A stretch of DNA of 64,000 nucleotides, taken from Phaeosaccion multiseriatum (lineage: Eukaryota > Protista > Ochrophyta, other classes). This document shows, one piece after another, positions 43,141-54,771 of this stretch (positions are counted from its first letter, which is position 1; each line of letters begins with the position of its first letter). Location of the stretch: positions 186,001-250,000 of the forward strand of contig OZ218963.1 in the NCBI GenBank assembly GCA_965112735.1, written 5' to 3'. The position numbers were made by a program, and so were the translations under genes. The notes beneath the pieces were generated by a model that was given only the letters and a program-made list of their open reading frames with translations, was not told the origin of the DNA and searched no databases.

Positions 43141-46100
43141 GTGTGTGTATGGGTGTTTGAGTATTGTCCCCTGTCTCGTGGCATCAAGCCGAGCAGGAGG
43201 GTAGGACATGGGGCGGAGGGTCTCCCTGGAAGTCTATGGCAGTCTATGGCAATCTATGGCAGTTTATGGCAGTCTATGGCAGTCCGTGTCCCCATCCCCT
43301 CCCGTGCGTACCCGTGACACCCCCCCCCCCCCCTCCCCTCAGGGCTACGACTTGGGTGTGTTGGAGGCCCAAGCGCTAGTGGCTGAGTCCAAGCTTAGAC
43401 TCAGCGGTGGAGGACGAGGCAGCGGCGGCATGGCCGAGGAGGGCGAGATGTCAGTGGATGGCAACGCACTCACAGCTGGCAGCAGTCCTGACACGAACCC
43501 GTGTGTGCTCCGGCGCTTCTCCTTGGCGGAGCGGGAGGAGGACAGGGACGGGGCGGGGCATGATACCGACGGGTGGAGCAGCGAGACAGACGCCATGGAG
43601 ACCTTTGAGAGGGAGCAGAGGGACTACGTTTGGCGACAGAGGGAGAAGAAGGAGAGGGAGGCGGAGCAGCAGTTCCAGCAGGGGCATGTGGGTATGGGTC
43701 AGGAAAGTATGTTAGTGGGAGGGAGCGAAGAGGAGTGGGGCTGGCAGGGACAGGGGCAGGGACACAGGCATGGGCACGGCACTCCTTTCCACGCACGCAC
43801 GGGCGCAGCGCCCCCTCGGGACTCCCCAGGGGGCTCATCATCATCATCATCATCATCGGCGATGTCTAGGCCGCCCCCCCCCCGGGGTACCGCGGCGACA
43901 GGGGCAAGGGGAGGAGCAGGAGCAGGAGCAGGAGTAGGGGCGAGAGGGGGCGGGAGTGCCAACAACAACTTTCCCTCTCTGCTCACGCCCAGGAACCCCG
44001 CAGTCGGTGGGCGGCAGCGCCAGCAGCGAGGAGGGCAGCGAGGAGGCGAGCGAGCGGCGCGTGCTTTACAGTGTATCAATCGCTACATCGCCTCCGAGTT
44101 CCCGAGGGGGTTCTTCCCGCCAAGCTCCGCAGTGTCCCCCAGGATGACTATCGGAGCCCCAGGGTCTGACCCCGGGGGGGGCGGTCCCTGGGGGGATGCG
44201 GGAGGTCCTGACGCCAAGGGGCGGACGGCGCCGAAAATACCCAGCCTGTTCGCGGGGGGGGGGGGGGGAGGAGGTTTGCCCGGGATCGGGCAGGGGCGCA
44301 GGGGGACAAGTCTTTGGGATTCGTTCACTGAGCCTGTGGGGAGGAATGGGGCCAAGGGGGTAGGGACAGGGGGCGGCCACGGAAGCTTTGAAGGCGGCCA
44401 CGGAAGCTTTGAAGACGGCCAGTACGGCTACCAACAGCAGCAGCCGTACGATCGGTCACCCCGTGCGAGAAGACGCTGGAAGCCTCTACCCGGTGACGAC
44501 GATTTCAAATCACGTCCAGGACGAGGCTATGGTATGGGTGGTGGTGCTGACGACGACGGCGGAGACTCAACGGACGAGGAAGACACGGACGTTGTGAGGC
44601 TCGCGTCCGAGAAACCGAGGAGCGTCTCGAGGCGGAAAATTCTTCTGAAACGGCAGATTCAGCTCGTCAACAAGGATGTGCAGCGGCTGGAAGTGAAGGT
44701 CGCTGAGCAGACCATGCTGCTGGATAGGCGGAGGACAGACGGTAGGAGAGAGGGAGGTCAGAAGGGCAGCAGCAGCAACAATAGCAGTAGGGCTGTATCA
44801 CCAACTGCTGGTGCTGCTGCTGCTGGTGCTGGTGGTGGTGGTGGCGTTCGTAAAGGCCCCCCCAAGGGAAAGAAGAGAAAGGCGGAGGCCGCGGTGTGGG
44901 GCAAGGAGAAGCGCAAGGGAGAGGCGCTCCTCAAGAACCCCCGGGGGCTCCTCGCCACCACCACCAGCGAACATCAGCAGCAGCAGGAGAGGCTTCACCA
45001 CGTCGGGGCTGCGGAGGGAGAAGCAGAGGCCATGGAAAGGCGGGAGGGAGGAGGAGGAGGAGGAGGAGGAGGAGAGGGTGGGAGAGGAAACAAGCATGGC
45101 GAGGATGAGGACGCGGCCATGGGGGGGTACGGACAAGAGGAGGACCCAGGGGGGACGGATGAGTCGCGGCGGTTGGTGATACAACAGATAGCCTACTCAC
45201 AGGAGGGCAGTCCTCGGTTGTCTTCCCAGGGCGGAAGTCCGAGGCCTTTATCTTCCCAGGAGGGCAGTCCTAGGCCCTCTTCGCTGGAGGGGAGTCCGGG
45301 GCCCGGCTCTGCCCAGGGGGGCAGTCCCCGACTAGAAGGGGCAGTGAAGCAGCAGAGGAAGGGACAGAACGGAGGAGCGGGCTACGGAGCCTCGCGCTTC
45401 AGGGGGGTCTCCAGGGCGGGGCAGCGTTGGCTGGCCCGTATTAGCATTGAGGGGAAGCTGACGAGGCTCGGTAGCCATACCACGCAGGAGGAGGCAGCAC
45501 TGGCGTATGATGAGGCGAGGAAGGGAGTGTATGGGCATAGGCAAGGGGGGGGCAGGGACATGCGGGGGCATTCGTATGTGCAGGCATATGGGTAGGCCTA
45601 CGGGCAGGGGGACACATGCGGCAAGACAAAGATAGACTCGGGTTAAAGGCCCCCCATTGTTTGCTCGCCACGGCCTTGACCACACACACATACACTCCAA
45701 TGTTGTACACCCCACCTCTCTCTGACTCTCTCGCTCTCTCTCTCTCTCTCTGTCTGTGTGTGTGTGCGTGTGCGTGTGTTCACCCAGGCGGCCCGTGTGC
45801 AGTGGGGAGAGAACTGCGCCACTAACTTCGACTCATCCGACACACAAGCCCTGCGGGAGGAGCAGAGGCTGAGGCACAAGGAGGAGGCAGAGACGAAGGC
45901 GGCGGAGAGGGCCGACAGGGAGAGGGACAAGGAGGAGAAGCGCAAGCTGTCCAAGGGTGCGAAGAAGCGGGCTACTGTATTACCAACTGCTGCTGCTGAT
46001 GGGGGGGATGGGCCCGGTGCAGGCAAGGGCCAAAAGGGGGAGGGGGAAAGGGAGCAGTATGAGACGATGTGTTTGTTACAGCAGCAGCAGCAGCAGCAGC

Positions 46101-46196
46101 AGCAGGAGGAGTTGGTGATGCGGCAACAACAGCAGAAGCAGTATGAACATGAGCAGCGCGAGGGTCAACGCCAGCAACAGCTCTACGGGCAGCTAT

Positions 46197-46250
<54 letters not shown>

Positions 46251-47007
46251 TGGTAATACAGCAGCAGCAAGAGCAGCAGCAGCAGCAGTTGGTAATACAG
46301 CAGCAGCAGCGTATGGGTGAGGGAGACGACATGGAGAGCGGTGCGAGTGGCCATGAGACCGAGGAGGGAGGAAGGGGCGGAGGGGTGGGAGGGAGAGGAG
46401 AGGAGGAGGAGGCGCAGGAGGACGAGGAGGACAAGGAGGAGGAGGAGCAGGAGGCACCAGACGGAGGAGGAGCGAGTGATGTGGACAGGGACAGTGGCGC
46501 GAATGATGATGTGCATGTCGAACGCCAGGGGGGGGCTCGACCAAGCTCTGCAGCCGAAAAACTCGGAAGGGTGCAGCGCGAGAGGGAGCGTCAACAGCAG
46601 CAGCAGCACGAGGAGTATTTTGCGGCCGCCGCAGTGGCCCAGCAGAACGCGTTTGCCTATCACCAACAGCAGCAGCAGCACCAGCAGCACGCTGTGGCAG
46701 CAGCGCAGGCGGCGGCGGCAGCGGCAGCGGCAGGCAAGGGCTACGCCATGTATCACCAACACCCGTACCCGCAGCACCCGCACCGCCACCAGCATCTCCC
46801 CCCGCCTCTACACGAGGCTTACCTGCATCCAGGCGCGGTGTCCCACGGGGGGTACTACCCAGGGGGGGGGGGCGCTCCTTCTCGCGAGATGATAGCAGCG
46901 GCGGTGGCCATGTCCAGCCCCAGACATGCGCATGTTGGTGATCCAGTAGCAGTGGCAGCAGTTGGTGATACGACAGCAGGAGGGGGAGGGGCAGCAGCTG
47001 TAGCAGC

Positions 47008-47040
<33 letters not shown>

Positions 47041-47581
47041 GGGAGGAGGAGGAGGAGGAGGAGGAGGAGGAGGAGCTCTTTCCCCAGCTCTTTCCCCAGC
47101 CAGTGGCTACTACGCGCACCCCGGCTACCCCCCTTCCCCTTACGGTCCCCCGGGCCTCCACCCCAACCACCCGGGCATGATGCCGCCCTATAGCCCCTCA
47201 GGCGGTTACATGGGGCCCTACATGATGCCTTCCCCCGGGGGGCAGCACCCCTACGCCATGGATCCGGCGGCGGCGGGCGTGGCAAAAGGCTCCCCCCGGG
47301 GCTCGTACCCACCCCCCCCCGGCGCCAGCGGCTACCTCTCCCCCCGGGGGGCGTATCCAACCCATGGGGTTGGACTTGGGGGGGGGGGGGGACCCATGTA
47401 CGGCGGGTACGGAATGGGGGGTGCCATGTCTTCTCCTCGGGGAGCGACGTCCCCCCGGGGCATGGTCGAGCTCGGAGCGGGAGCGCGAGCAGCCGGTCCA
47501 GCAGATACAGCTGCACTCGCAGGGAAGGGGACGGGAGGAGGAGGAGGAGGAGGAGGAGATGCAAGTAGCGGAGGGGAATGA
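39892..47581 (+). CDS. Bromodomain + PWWP-like + AP2-domain chromatin/transcription protein, multi-exon
   Basis: Bromo: EAFLRPV...|YAAVIAHPMDLSRV...DVKRVFDNAKAFN. PWWP-like: LFWAKQ...YWPGVL ... YLVEYLGSHDFAW. AP2: SRFRGVSRAGQRWLARISIEGKLTRLGSHTTQEEAALAYDE|AARVQWGENCATNF. Q/P/G-rich tail. Confidence 0.8.
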
Positions 47582-48048
47582 GGGTTTGAGGAGAGGGTGT
47601 CAGGACAAGTGCCGCAGCGATGGGTGATGAGGAGCGAGGCTTAGGCTCCAGCATGTATACTATTACAGTAAGGAGAAGTAAGGAGAAGAGGAGGGTATTA
47701 CGTAATTATACGTAACTAGGTTTCCGTTTCGGTTTGCTTGGTTCAACAAGGAATGTTGCCCTTGCTTGCGTGCTTCGTGTGCCTGCACAGGAAAGCAAGG
47801 AGCGTCTTTCTCCGTTCACCATTGTCTGCCTGAGTGCCTTTATGCTGCTAGCAGTTTCGCAGCCATAGCGTAGAGCAGCAGCGGCAGGCAGGGGAGGAGG
47901 AGAGAAAGAGCGTGCAAAAGAAAGCTTGACAAAAAACCTCTGTTTTTCTTCTTCTTCCCTGTACAACTGTAGGCTGCCAGGAGTGGCCGCACCAGCGACA
48001 TCGCCCAGCAGCAACGCGGAAGAGGGAGATACACTGGGAGGCGCTATT

Positions 48049-48949
48049 ATGAAAGCCAAGGCGGCAACTACTAAAGCCCCCCCTGCGCCCGATGGGGTTC
48101 TCGTGCTGGCCACGGTCGTACGCGTAACCTTGTCATCCCCCACCAACCTGTGGGGCCTGTCTCGGGCAGCGGAGGCCGTGGTGCCCAGAGGCGTGCGCCT
48201 GCACGACAGCATTCCCGAGGAAACGAGAGAGAGGCTCATCCGCTCGGTAAGGAGGGGGCGCTTTCCTCTGCAGTTCGTCCAGCTCGGGCTGTCCGTGGCG
48301 GAGCAGGAGGCACTGGGCAAGGCAGGCAGGGAGAAACTCGAGGCAGAGGCCACCGACGGACTGCTGCGCCTGCGCTGGGGGGGGGGGGGAGTAGGCAAGA
48401 AGGAGGATCCGGACAAGGAGGAGGAGGAGGAGGGCGTCGGCCTGCTCGAGTACCTTCCCGTCTTCGCAGAGCTGCGTGTTGCGGGCTACATCAACACCAC
48501 ATTGGAGCTTCCCTCCCACGGCAGGCTGCTCACGCTGAGCTTTCACGACAATGTGAGGGAGGCAGGAAGGAAGGAAGGCAGGGTAGGCAGGGAGGGAGGG
48601 AGGGAGGGAGGGAGGGGAGAGCATGCGTGTTGCACCAGTGCCGGGGCCCCTTTTGTCCTCTTACCACCCTTACGCCTCCCTGACTTTCTGTTTGAGCTGC
48701 GAAGGGTAGGTGGTGACTGGCCCTCTCTCCTGCTGCCTCTGGCACCCTGACGTCCTCCCTGACTCTCTCTACACCCACCCGTCTCTGTTCTCCTCCTCCT
48801 CTTCCTCCTTCTGCCGCGGATGTCCGTGGATGGCTTTCTTGCTGCACGCACACACACACGGATATGCACTCCCACGCACACACACGCGGACATGCACACT
48901 CACGCACACACACACACACACACGGACATGCTCACGCGCGCACACACAA

Positions 48950-48986
<37 letters not shown>

Positions 48987-49313
48987 TACACATACACACA
49001 CACAAAGAGCCGGTTCAACAAGCCGCTGCAGCTGCCCGCAGGTCTACGCAGGCTCCGCTTCGGCTACCGATTCGACAAGCACGTGGACCTGCCCCACTCA
49101 CTTCAAGAGGTGGGTGGGTGAGCTTCTTGCACTGGCAGGGGGGTGGGAGAGTAAGCGCCCAACCCGGACGCTCGATCAAATCGAGCAAGTCGAGCAATTC
49201 GAGGTCAAAGCTCTGCTCTCTGACGTGCTCGTGGTGGTGCTGAGGCTTGGGCCTGTGCCTGTCCTGTGCCTGTCCTGTGCCTGTCCTGTCAGTGACGGTC
49301 GGGAGAGTGGGAG

Positions 49314-49357
<44 letters not shown>

Positions 49358-50305
49358 CGTGTGTGACGGTCGGGAGAGAGGGAGAATGAGAGAGAGAGAG
49401 CGTGTGTGACGGTCGGGAGAGTGGGAGAATGAGAGAGAGAGAGACAGCGTGTGTGACCGTCGGGAGAGAGGGAGAATGAGAGAGAATGAGAGAGAGAGCG
49501 TGTGTGACGGTCGGGAGAGAGGGAGAATGAGAGAGAATGAGAGAGAGAGCGTGTGTGACGGTCGGGAGAGTGGGAGAGTGAGAGTGAGAGAGAGAGAGAG
49601 AGAGAGCGTATGTGATGGAGAGTGGCTGCATCACTAACTCACCAACTGCCTTCCCTTCCCAACTGCTGTAACTCACAGGTCAGCTTTGGGTACTTTTACA
49701 ACCAACGGCTTTCCCTTCCCAAGGGGCTGCAGCGTCTCTGCTTCAGAGGCCATCGCTTCAACCAACCAGTTGAGCTGCCTCCCTCGCTCACAGATGTACG
49801 TATATTTGATAGAGTGGAGAACCAACACGCACAGGAGGGGCCAGGCGGCATGCCCCTCTCTCTCTCTCCCTCCCTCCTTTGCTTACTCGTACGACCGCTG
49901 CACTCGTACTACCAACCGCTGCAGGTCAAGTTTTCTTGGAACTTCAAACGACCCATCGTGCTTCCCCCTGCCATCGAAAAGGCCTCCTTCCACAGAGACT
50001 ATGACACAGGCCTCATAGAGGGGCTGGACAGGGAGGACAAGGAGAAGGAGGCGTGCTCTCACGAGGTGGAGGAGGTGGAGGAGGGGGAGGAGGGGAGGGG
50101 CGCGGCATTGTCAGCAGTTGGTAGTACGGCGGCAGCAGCATCACAGCAAGGAGGAGGAGGAGGAGGAGGAGGTGGAGGAACAGTTGGTGATACAGCCGTG
50201 GTGAAGGGGGGGGCTAGGGGGGTGAAGAAGAAAAAGAAGAGGGAGTACATATTTGATCTCTTCTTCCGACAACTTGAGTTTGAGTTTGTGCGGGGGGACG
50301 AGTGA
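48049..50305 (+). CDS. FNIP-repeat protein, multi-exon
   Basis: Repeats FNKPLQLPAGLRRLRFGYRFDKHVDLPHSLQE|VSFGYFYNQRLSLPKGLQRLCFRGHRFNQPVELPPSLTD|VKFSWNFKRPIVLPP. Confidence 0.75.
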
Positions 50306-50640
50306 GGGGCCCAGGGGGGAGGGCGGGAGGAGGCAGCTGCTTCAACTTCAACATTGGAAGGGAATTTGAATGTGAGGACAAGGAGCCGCTCTGTTGCTCA
50401 AGGCCTGGCTGAGCTTTCGAGTGCGGACTTTGACACGTGTGTGTGTGTGTGTGTGTGTAACTCTGAGGGCAAAGAGGGAGGCGGAGAGGCAATAGAGAGA
50501 GAGAGCAGGTCAAGGGGGCCGAGAGATGTAGAGGGAGAGAGATACAGGCAGGAGGCATAACAGAGAGAGAGGGAGGTGGAAGGCCGCGGCTGGGAGGTGC
50601 AGACCGAACGAAGGCACGAGCTGAGGAGCTGAGGGACCGG

Positions 50641-50940
50641 GATGGCAGTGGAGGAGCTGGAGGGAGTCACGATGGCACTGGACGAGCTGGAGGGAGTAAT
50701 GATGGCAGTGGAGGAGCTGGAGGGAGTCACGATGGCAGTGGAGGAGCTGGAGGGAGTAATGATGGCAGTGGAGGAGCTGGAGGGAGTAATGATGGCACTG
50801 GAGAAGCTGGAGGGAGTAATGATGGCACTGGAGGAGCCGGAGGGAGTAATGATGGCAGTGGAGGAGCTGGAGGGAGTCACGATGGCAGTGGAGAAGCTGG
50901 AGGGAGTAATGATGGCAGTGGACGAGCTGGAGGGAGTGAT
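50641..50940. repeat. 30-bp minisatellite, 10 copies (GATGGCAGTGGAGGAGCTGGAGGGAGTMAY)
   Basis: Directly visible; intergenic. Confidence 0.95.
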
Positions 50941-51430
50941 CTGGCGGAATGCCAAGGCTGGCATGCATGTGCAAAGGAAAGGCGGTGTGAATATCAATGC
51001 AAGTGGAGAGGGAAGGAGGGGCAGACAGGGGAGGGTAAGAAGGAATAAAAAAAGGGGGGTCGGAAAATGGCGGTTACGTTCCTATAAGTCAATTAAATCC
51101 TCTTCACCCCCCTTTTATCGGCCCTTTCTTGTATCCCCTTTGTCCGATCTTTCTCCTCCAAGTTTACCAGTCTCTATAGAAGAAAGATATATACAGGTCC
51201 GAGCGCGAAAGACTGGGGCGTCTCCATAAGCAAGAGGCTGAGGCCAAAGATAGGAAGGTGGCGCGGAAGGTGGCGGGTTGAAGTTTCAGCGGAAGGCTCG
51301 AGCGGCATCAACCCGCGGAGCAGCAGAGGCGAGGATGACCGCTCACGGGGCAGGGACGAGTGGACGTGAGGGTTATTGGGATGCCGCAGGTGCGATATAC
51401 ACACACGGTGGTCCGATTTCTTGCTTTCTC

Positions 51431-52789
51431 CTAGTTCCTCCCTCCCCAATTGAGGCCGTGTGTCGCTCTCCCGCTTTTCCCATTCTCCCCCCTCCATATA
51501 TGACTTTTGGCCCTCTTTCGGTCCTTTCGTCCTCGCCGCCCCATCTCTCTGCTCTCTCCCCCCATCCTTAGCGCCTCTTGAGTCACTTTCCTTGTCGCTC
51601 GCCCCTCCCTCCGATCCGGCGCCCCCCCAACAAGCAACAACCCCATCTTCATCTCTGCTCGCCCATTCCAGCAGAAAGAAAGACTCCTTGCCCTCCCGCC
51701 GCGAGGACTGAGACCCGGATTGTTGCGGAGAATGTGGTCGTGAGGAGTGCGCGACGCGGACGTGATGGCGACAGGGTCGTGCATGCCCACACCATCTTCG
51801 GCGGGGGGGGCAGGGGGCAAGATGGGCAGGATGGGCAAGACGGGCAAGATGGAGGGCCGTTCTTCTTGGGAGGGCAAGGAGGGCGAGGAGGGCGAGGAGG
51901 AGGGTGGGGAGGAGGACGCGGCGGACGCGGCGGAGACAGAGGGTGGGGAGGAGGAGGGGACGGAGGGGACGGAGGGTGGGGAGGAGGCGCGGACGGAGGG
52001 GACGGTGGGGGTGGATGGGGAGGACGCGGAGGGGACGGTGGATGGGGAGGAGGAGGAGGCGGCGGCGGACACGGCGGACACGGAGGACACGGAGGGTGGG
52101 GAGGAGGAGGGGACGGAGGGGACGGAGGGGACGGAGGATGGGGAAGAGGCGGGGACGGAGGAGGGGACGGAGGATGGGGAGGAGAAGGCAGGAGGTTGGG
52201 AGGAGGAGGAGGAGGAGGAGGAGGTTGGGATGGAGGGGACGGAGAGGACGGTGGGGGTGGATGGGGAGGCCGCGGAGGGCACGGTGGATGGGGAGGAGGA
52301 GGAGGCGGGGGAGGAGGAGGAGGAGGAGGAGGAGGAGGAGGAGGAGGAGGAGGAGGAGGAGGAGGAGGAGGAGGAGGAGGAGGAGGAGGAGGAGGAGGAG
52401 GAGGAGGAGGAGGAGGAGGAGGAGGAGGAGGAGGAGGAGGAGGAGGAGGGTACGGCGGAGGAGGAGGATTCTAAGGGCGTAACGGTTAGTTCGGAGGACC
52501 TGGAGGAGGCTGGGTTGGCGTCCACCAGCAAGCGGGGTGGGGGGGAGGGAGGGGGGAGGGGCGGGGCTGAGCTACGACGGGGTGGGGATAGTGGCTGGAC
52601 CCTGCCTGCAACGCTGCCTGGATGTCCACAAACCCTCCCATCGAGACGCGCCTTTTGTGAGGACACGCACTGGTGGACTGCGGCATCGCCACTGCTTGGC
52701 TCGCTCATAGCTAGAGGGCTCGTGGCTAGAGCAAGCATAGAGGAAGCAGCCAGGCTCCAGGGCACACGCACGGGACGGGGTGCAGCCAT
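51431..52789 (-). CDS. Possible secreted Ser/Pro-rich (mucin-like) protein
   Basis: ATG in AAGATGG context, hydrophobic N-terminus (WSLAASSMLALATSPLA) and S/P/V repeats. However, the region is a (GGA)n-derived repeat that is open in several frames. Confidence 0.3.
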   Translation of the reverse strand: MAAPRPVRVPWSLAASSMLALATSPLAMSEPSSGDAAVHQCVSSQKARLDGRVCGHPGSVAGRVQPLSPPRRSSAPPLPPPSPPPRLLVDANPASSRSSELTVTPLESSSSAVPSSSSSSSSSSSSSSSSSSSSSSSSSSSSSSSSSSSSSSSSSSSSSSPASSSSPSTVPSAASPSTPTVLSVPSIPTSSSSSSSSQPPAFSSPSSVPSSVPASSPSSVPSVPSVPSSSPPSVSSVSAVSAAASSSSPSTVPSASSPSTPTVPSVRASSPPSVPSVPSSSPPSVSAASAASSSPPSSSPSSPSLPSQEERPSILPVLPILPILPPAPPAEDGVGMHDPVAITSASRTPHDHILRNNPGLSPRGGRARSLSFCWNGRAEMKMGLLLVGGAPDRREGRATRKVTQEALRMGGESREMGRRGRKDRKRAKSHIWRGENGKSGRATHGLNWGGRN

Positions 52790-53805
52790 CTTCGAGAGTG
52801 TGAGAGAGGAGAGCCGGGCAGAACGGCAGTAGCTGAGTAGAGCTAGGTAGTAGCTGGGCAGCAGCTAATTTAGGCAGTAGCTAGGTTGGGGAAGGGGGAG
52901 GGGTTACTGTATTGAGCTAAGCTAAGCAGCAGCAGAGCTGACTGAGCCATCGCTGCTGGACATGGGAGCACCCAAAAAACAAATGACACGGGAGCAACGT
53001 GAGGGATGATGTACCATTGCTTCATCATCAAGGGTGCATGGGAAGGGAAGGCGATTGATTGCACCGGCCGTCCTAGTTGCTCCTACCGCACCCTTTGCAT
53101 GAAGACCGGCCAAGTCAAGCAAGCGGGGCCGGTGCTGAGTGAGCCGGAGCGGCCGGGATCACCAGCCAGCGGCGTTCCCAAGTCAAGGGCCTTGTTAGCT
53201 ACCTTCCTGCGCAGCCAGGAGTGGTGATGGCATGTCATGGACTTGGTAGAGAGGCCGGTGGGAGCGGCGTCGCTCCGTCCCGTATGTGCGTGTGTGTGTG
53301 CATGTGCGTGCGTGCTTCTGAATTGTAGAGAGGGGATGTACTGTGGGTTGGCTGGCTGCTCGTCCCCTCCAGCCAGGCAAGGCAGGGCCAACACGCCAAC
53401 ACCAACATCCGAAGCCACCGCTCGCACCCCCAGGCCACACCGTAGCCGAGAGCCCTGAGGATACCCTGAGGGGGGTTGGGCAGGACAGCACTGACAGCAC
53501 TGACAGCAGCTGCTGAGCCCGACAGAGCGATTCGGACCCTGCCTGTCTGTCTCAGCCAAGCAAGTACAGTCTTCGTTACTCCCGGCCTCCCTTCCCGATA
53601 ACCCCGACAACACGACAACATCCCCTCATTCGCTGCTGCGAGGCCAGCGTCAGCCTCCCGCCCCGCCCCGCCTGTCCCTTGCTTGACAGCTGCCTGTCGC
53701 TGCCTCGCTCTTTGTTTCGTCAGCCGGCGCCTTCTTCGGAGTGGACGTCCCCACTCCTGAGGCGTCAAAGTTGTTCTGCTGTCGCCGTTGCCGTTGCCGC
53801 TGCGC

Positions 53806-53837
<32 letters not shown>

Positions 53838-54248
53838 TTCTGTCCAGCACACTCCCACGCCACAGACATGCCACGCACGCACAGACATACAGATGCGCAG
53901 ATGCGCTCCCACTGGCCCCTCCCCTCCCACCACTGGCCCTCCCAGCCACAGACAAGACAGACATGACAGATATGACACATTCGCGAAGTGCACTCGCGAG
54001 GGAATCCCCCTCCTGGAAGGACGAGATGAGTTTGTCTCGGGGCAGAGTGTGGGAAGTTCAAGGGAAACGACCCTCTCCTACCATCACCACTTCCTCCTTC
54101 CTCTCCTCCTCTCTCTCCGGGGCGCAAATGGCGTACCACGGCCTTAGCTTGGTATAGTCTTCACCCATGAGTCTGTAAGGAGTAGACCGATAGTTCTTTT
54201 TTTAATACAAAGGGGGGCAGAGCTGCTACTTTCACTCCTCTTTTCGGC

Positions 54249-54726
54249 TCAGTCCAGAAAGAGCGGCTGCCCGCAAGCCAAACACACGGGATCCGCCACA
54301 GCCGACATGATGTTCGGCATATTACAGCTCGGACACATGATGATAGGACCATCGCCGTCCCCACCAACACCAGCAGTTGGTGATACAGCAGCAGGGGCAG
54401 TAGCAGGGGCAGCATCAGTGGCGGCCCTCGCTGCTTTGGCTGGAGCCTTGCTGGAGCTTCTTTTGTTGCTTCGCTTGCTGGCGGCGGCGGGCGGGGCGTC
54501 TGGTGCGAGGCTCATGTACGATCCGTTCTCGGGGGGGACTGAAGCGACAGGCCAACAACCGGTCACAACAAGGTCAACAACAGGCCAACAGCATGGGGGT
54601 TTCATGAGGCCGTGGGGGCAAGGAGGGCAGAGGGATGAAGGGAGGGTAAGGGAGGAGCTGTGCTTGCCGGCGAGAGAGAGGTGGGAGACACACACACACG
54701 CACACACACATACACATACACACACA

Positions 54727-54771
<45 letters not shown>

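Noticed and set aside
50642-51229. ORF (MAVEELEGVM)n as a repeat protein
   Set aside because: It coincides with a 30-bp intergenic minisatellite that is open on both strands, with no other coding evidence.
51578-52832. Gly-rich, Glu-rich or Arg-rich plus-strand ORFs
   Set aside because: They are alternative frames of a GGA-derived repeat with non-ATG starts and no independent support.
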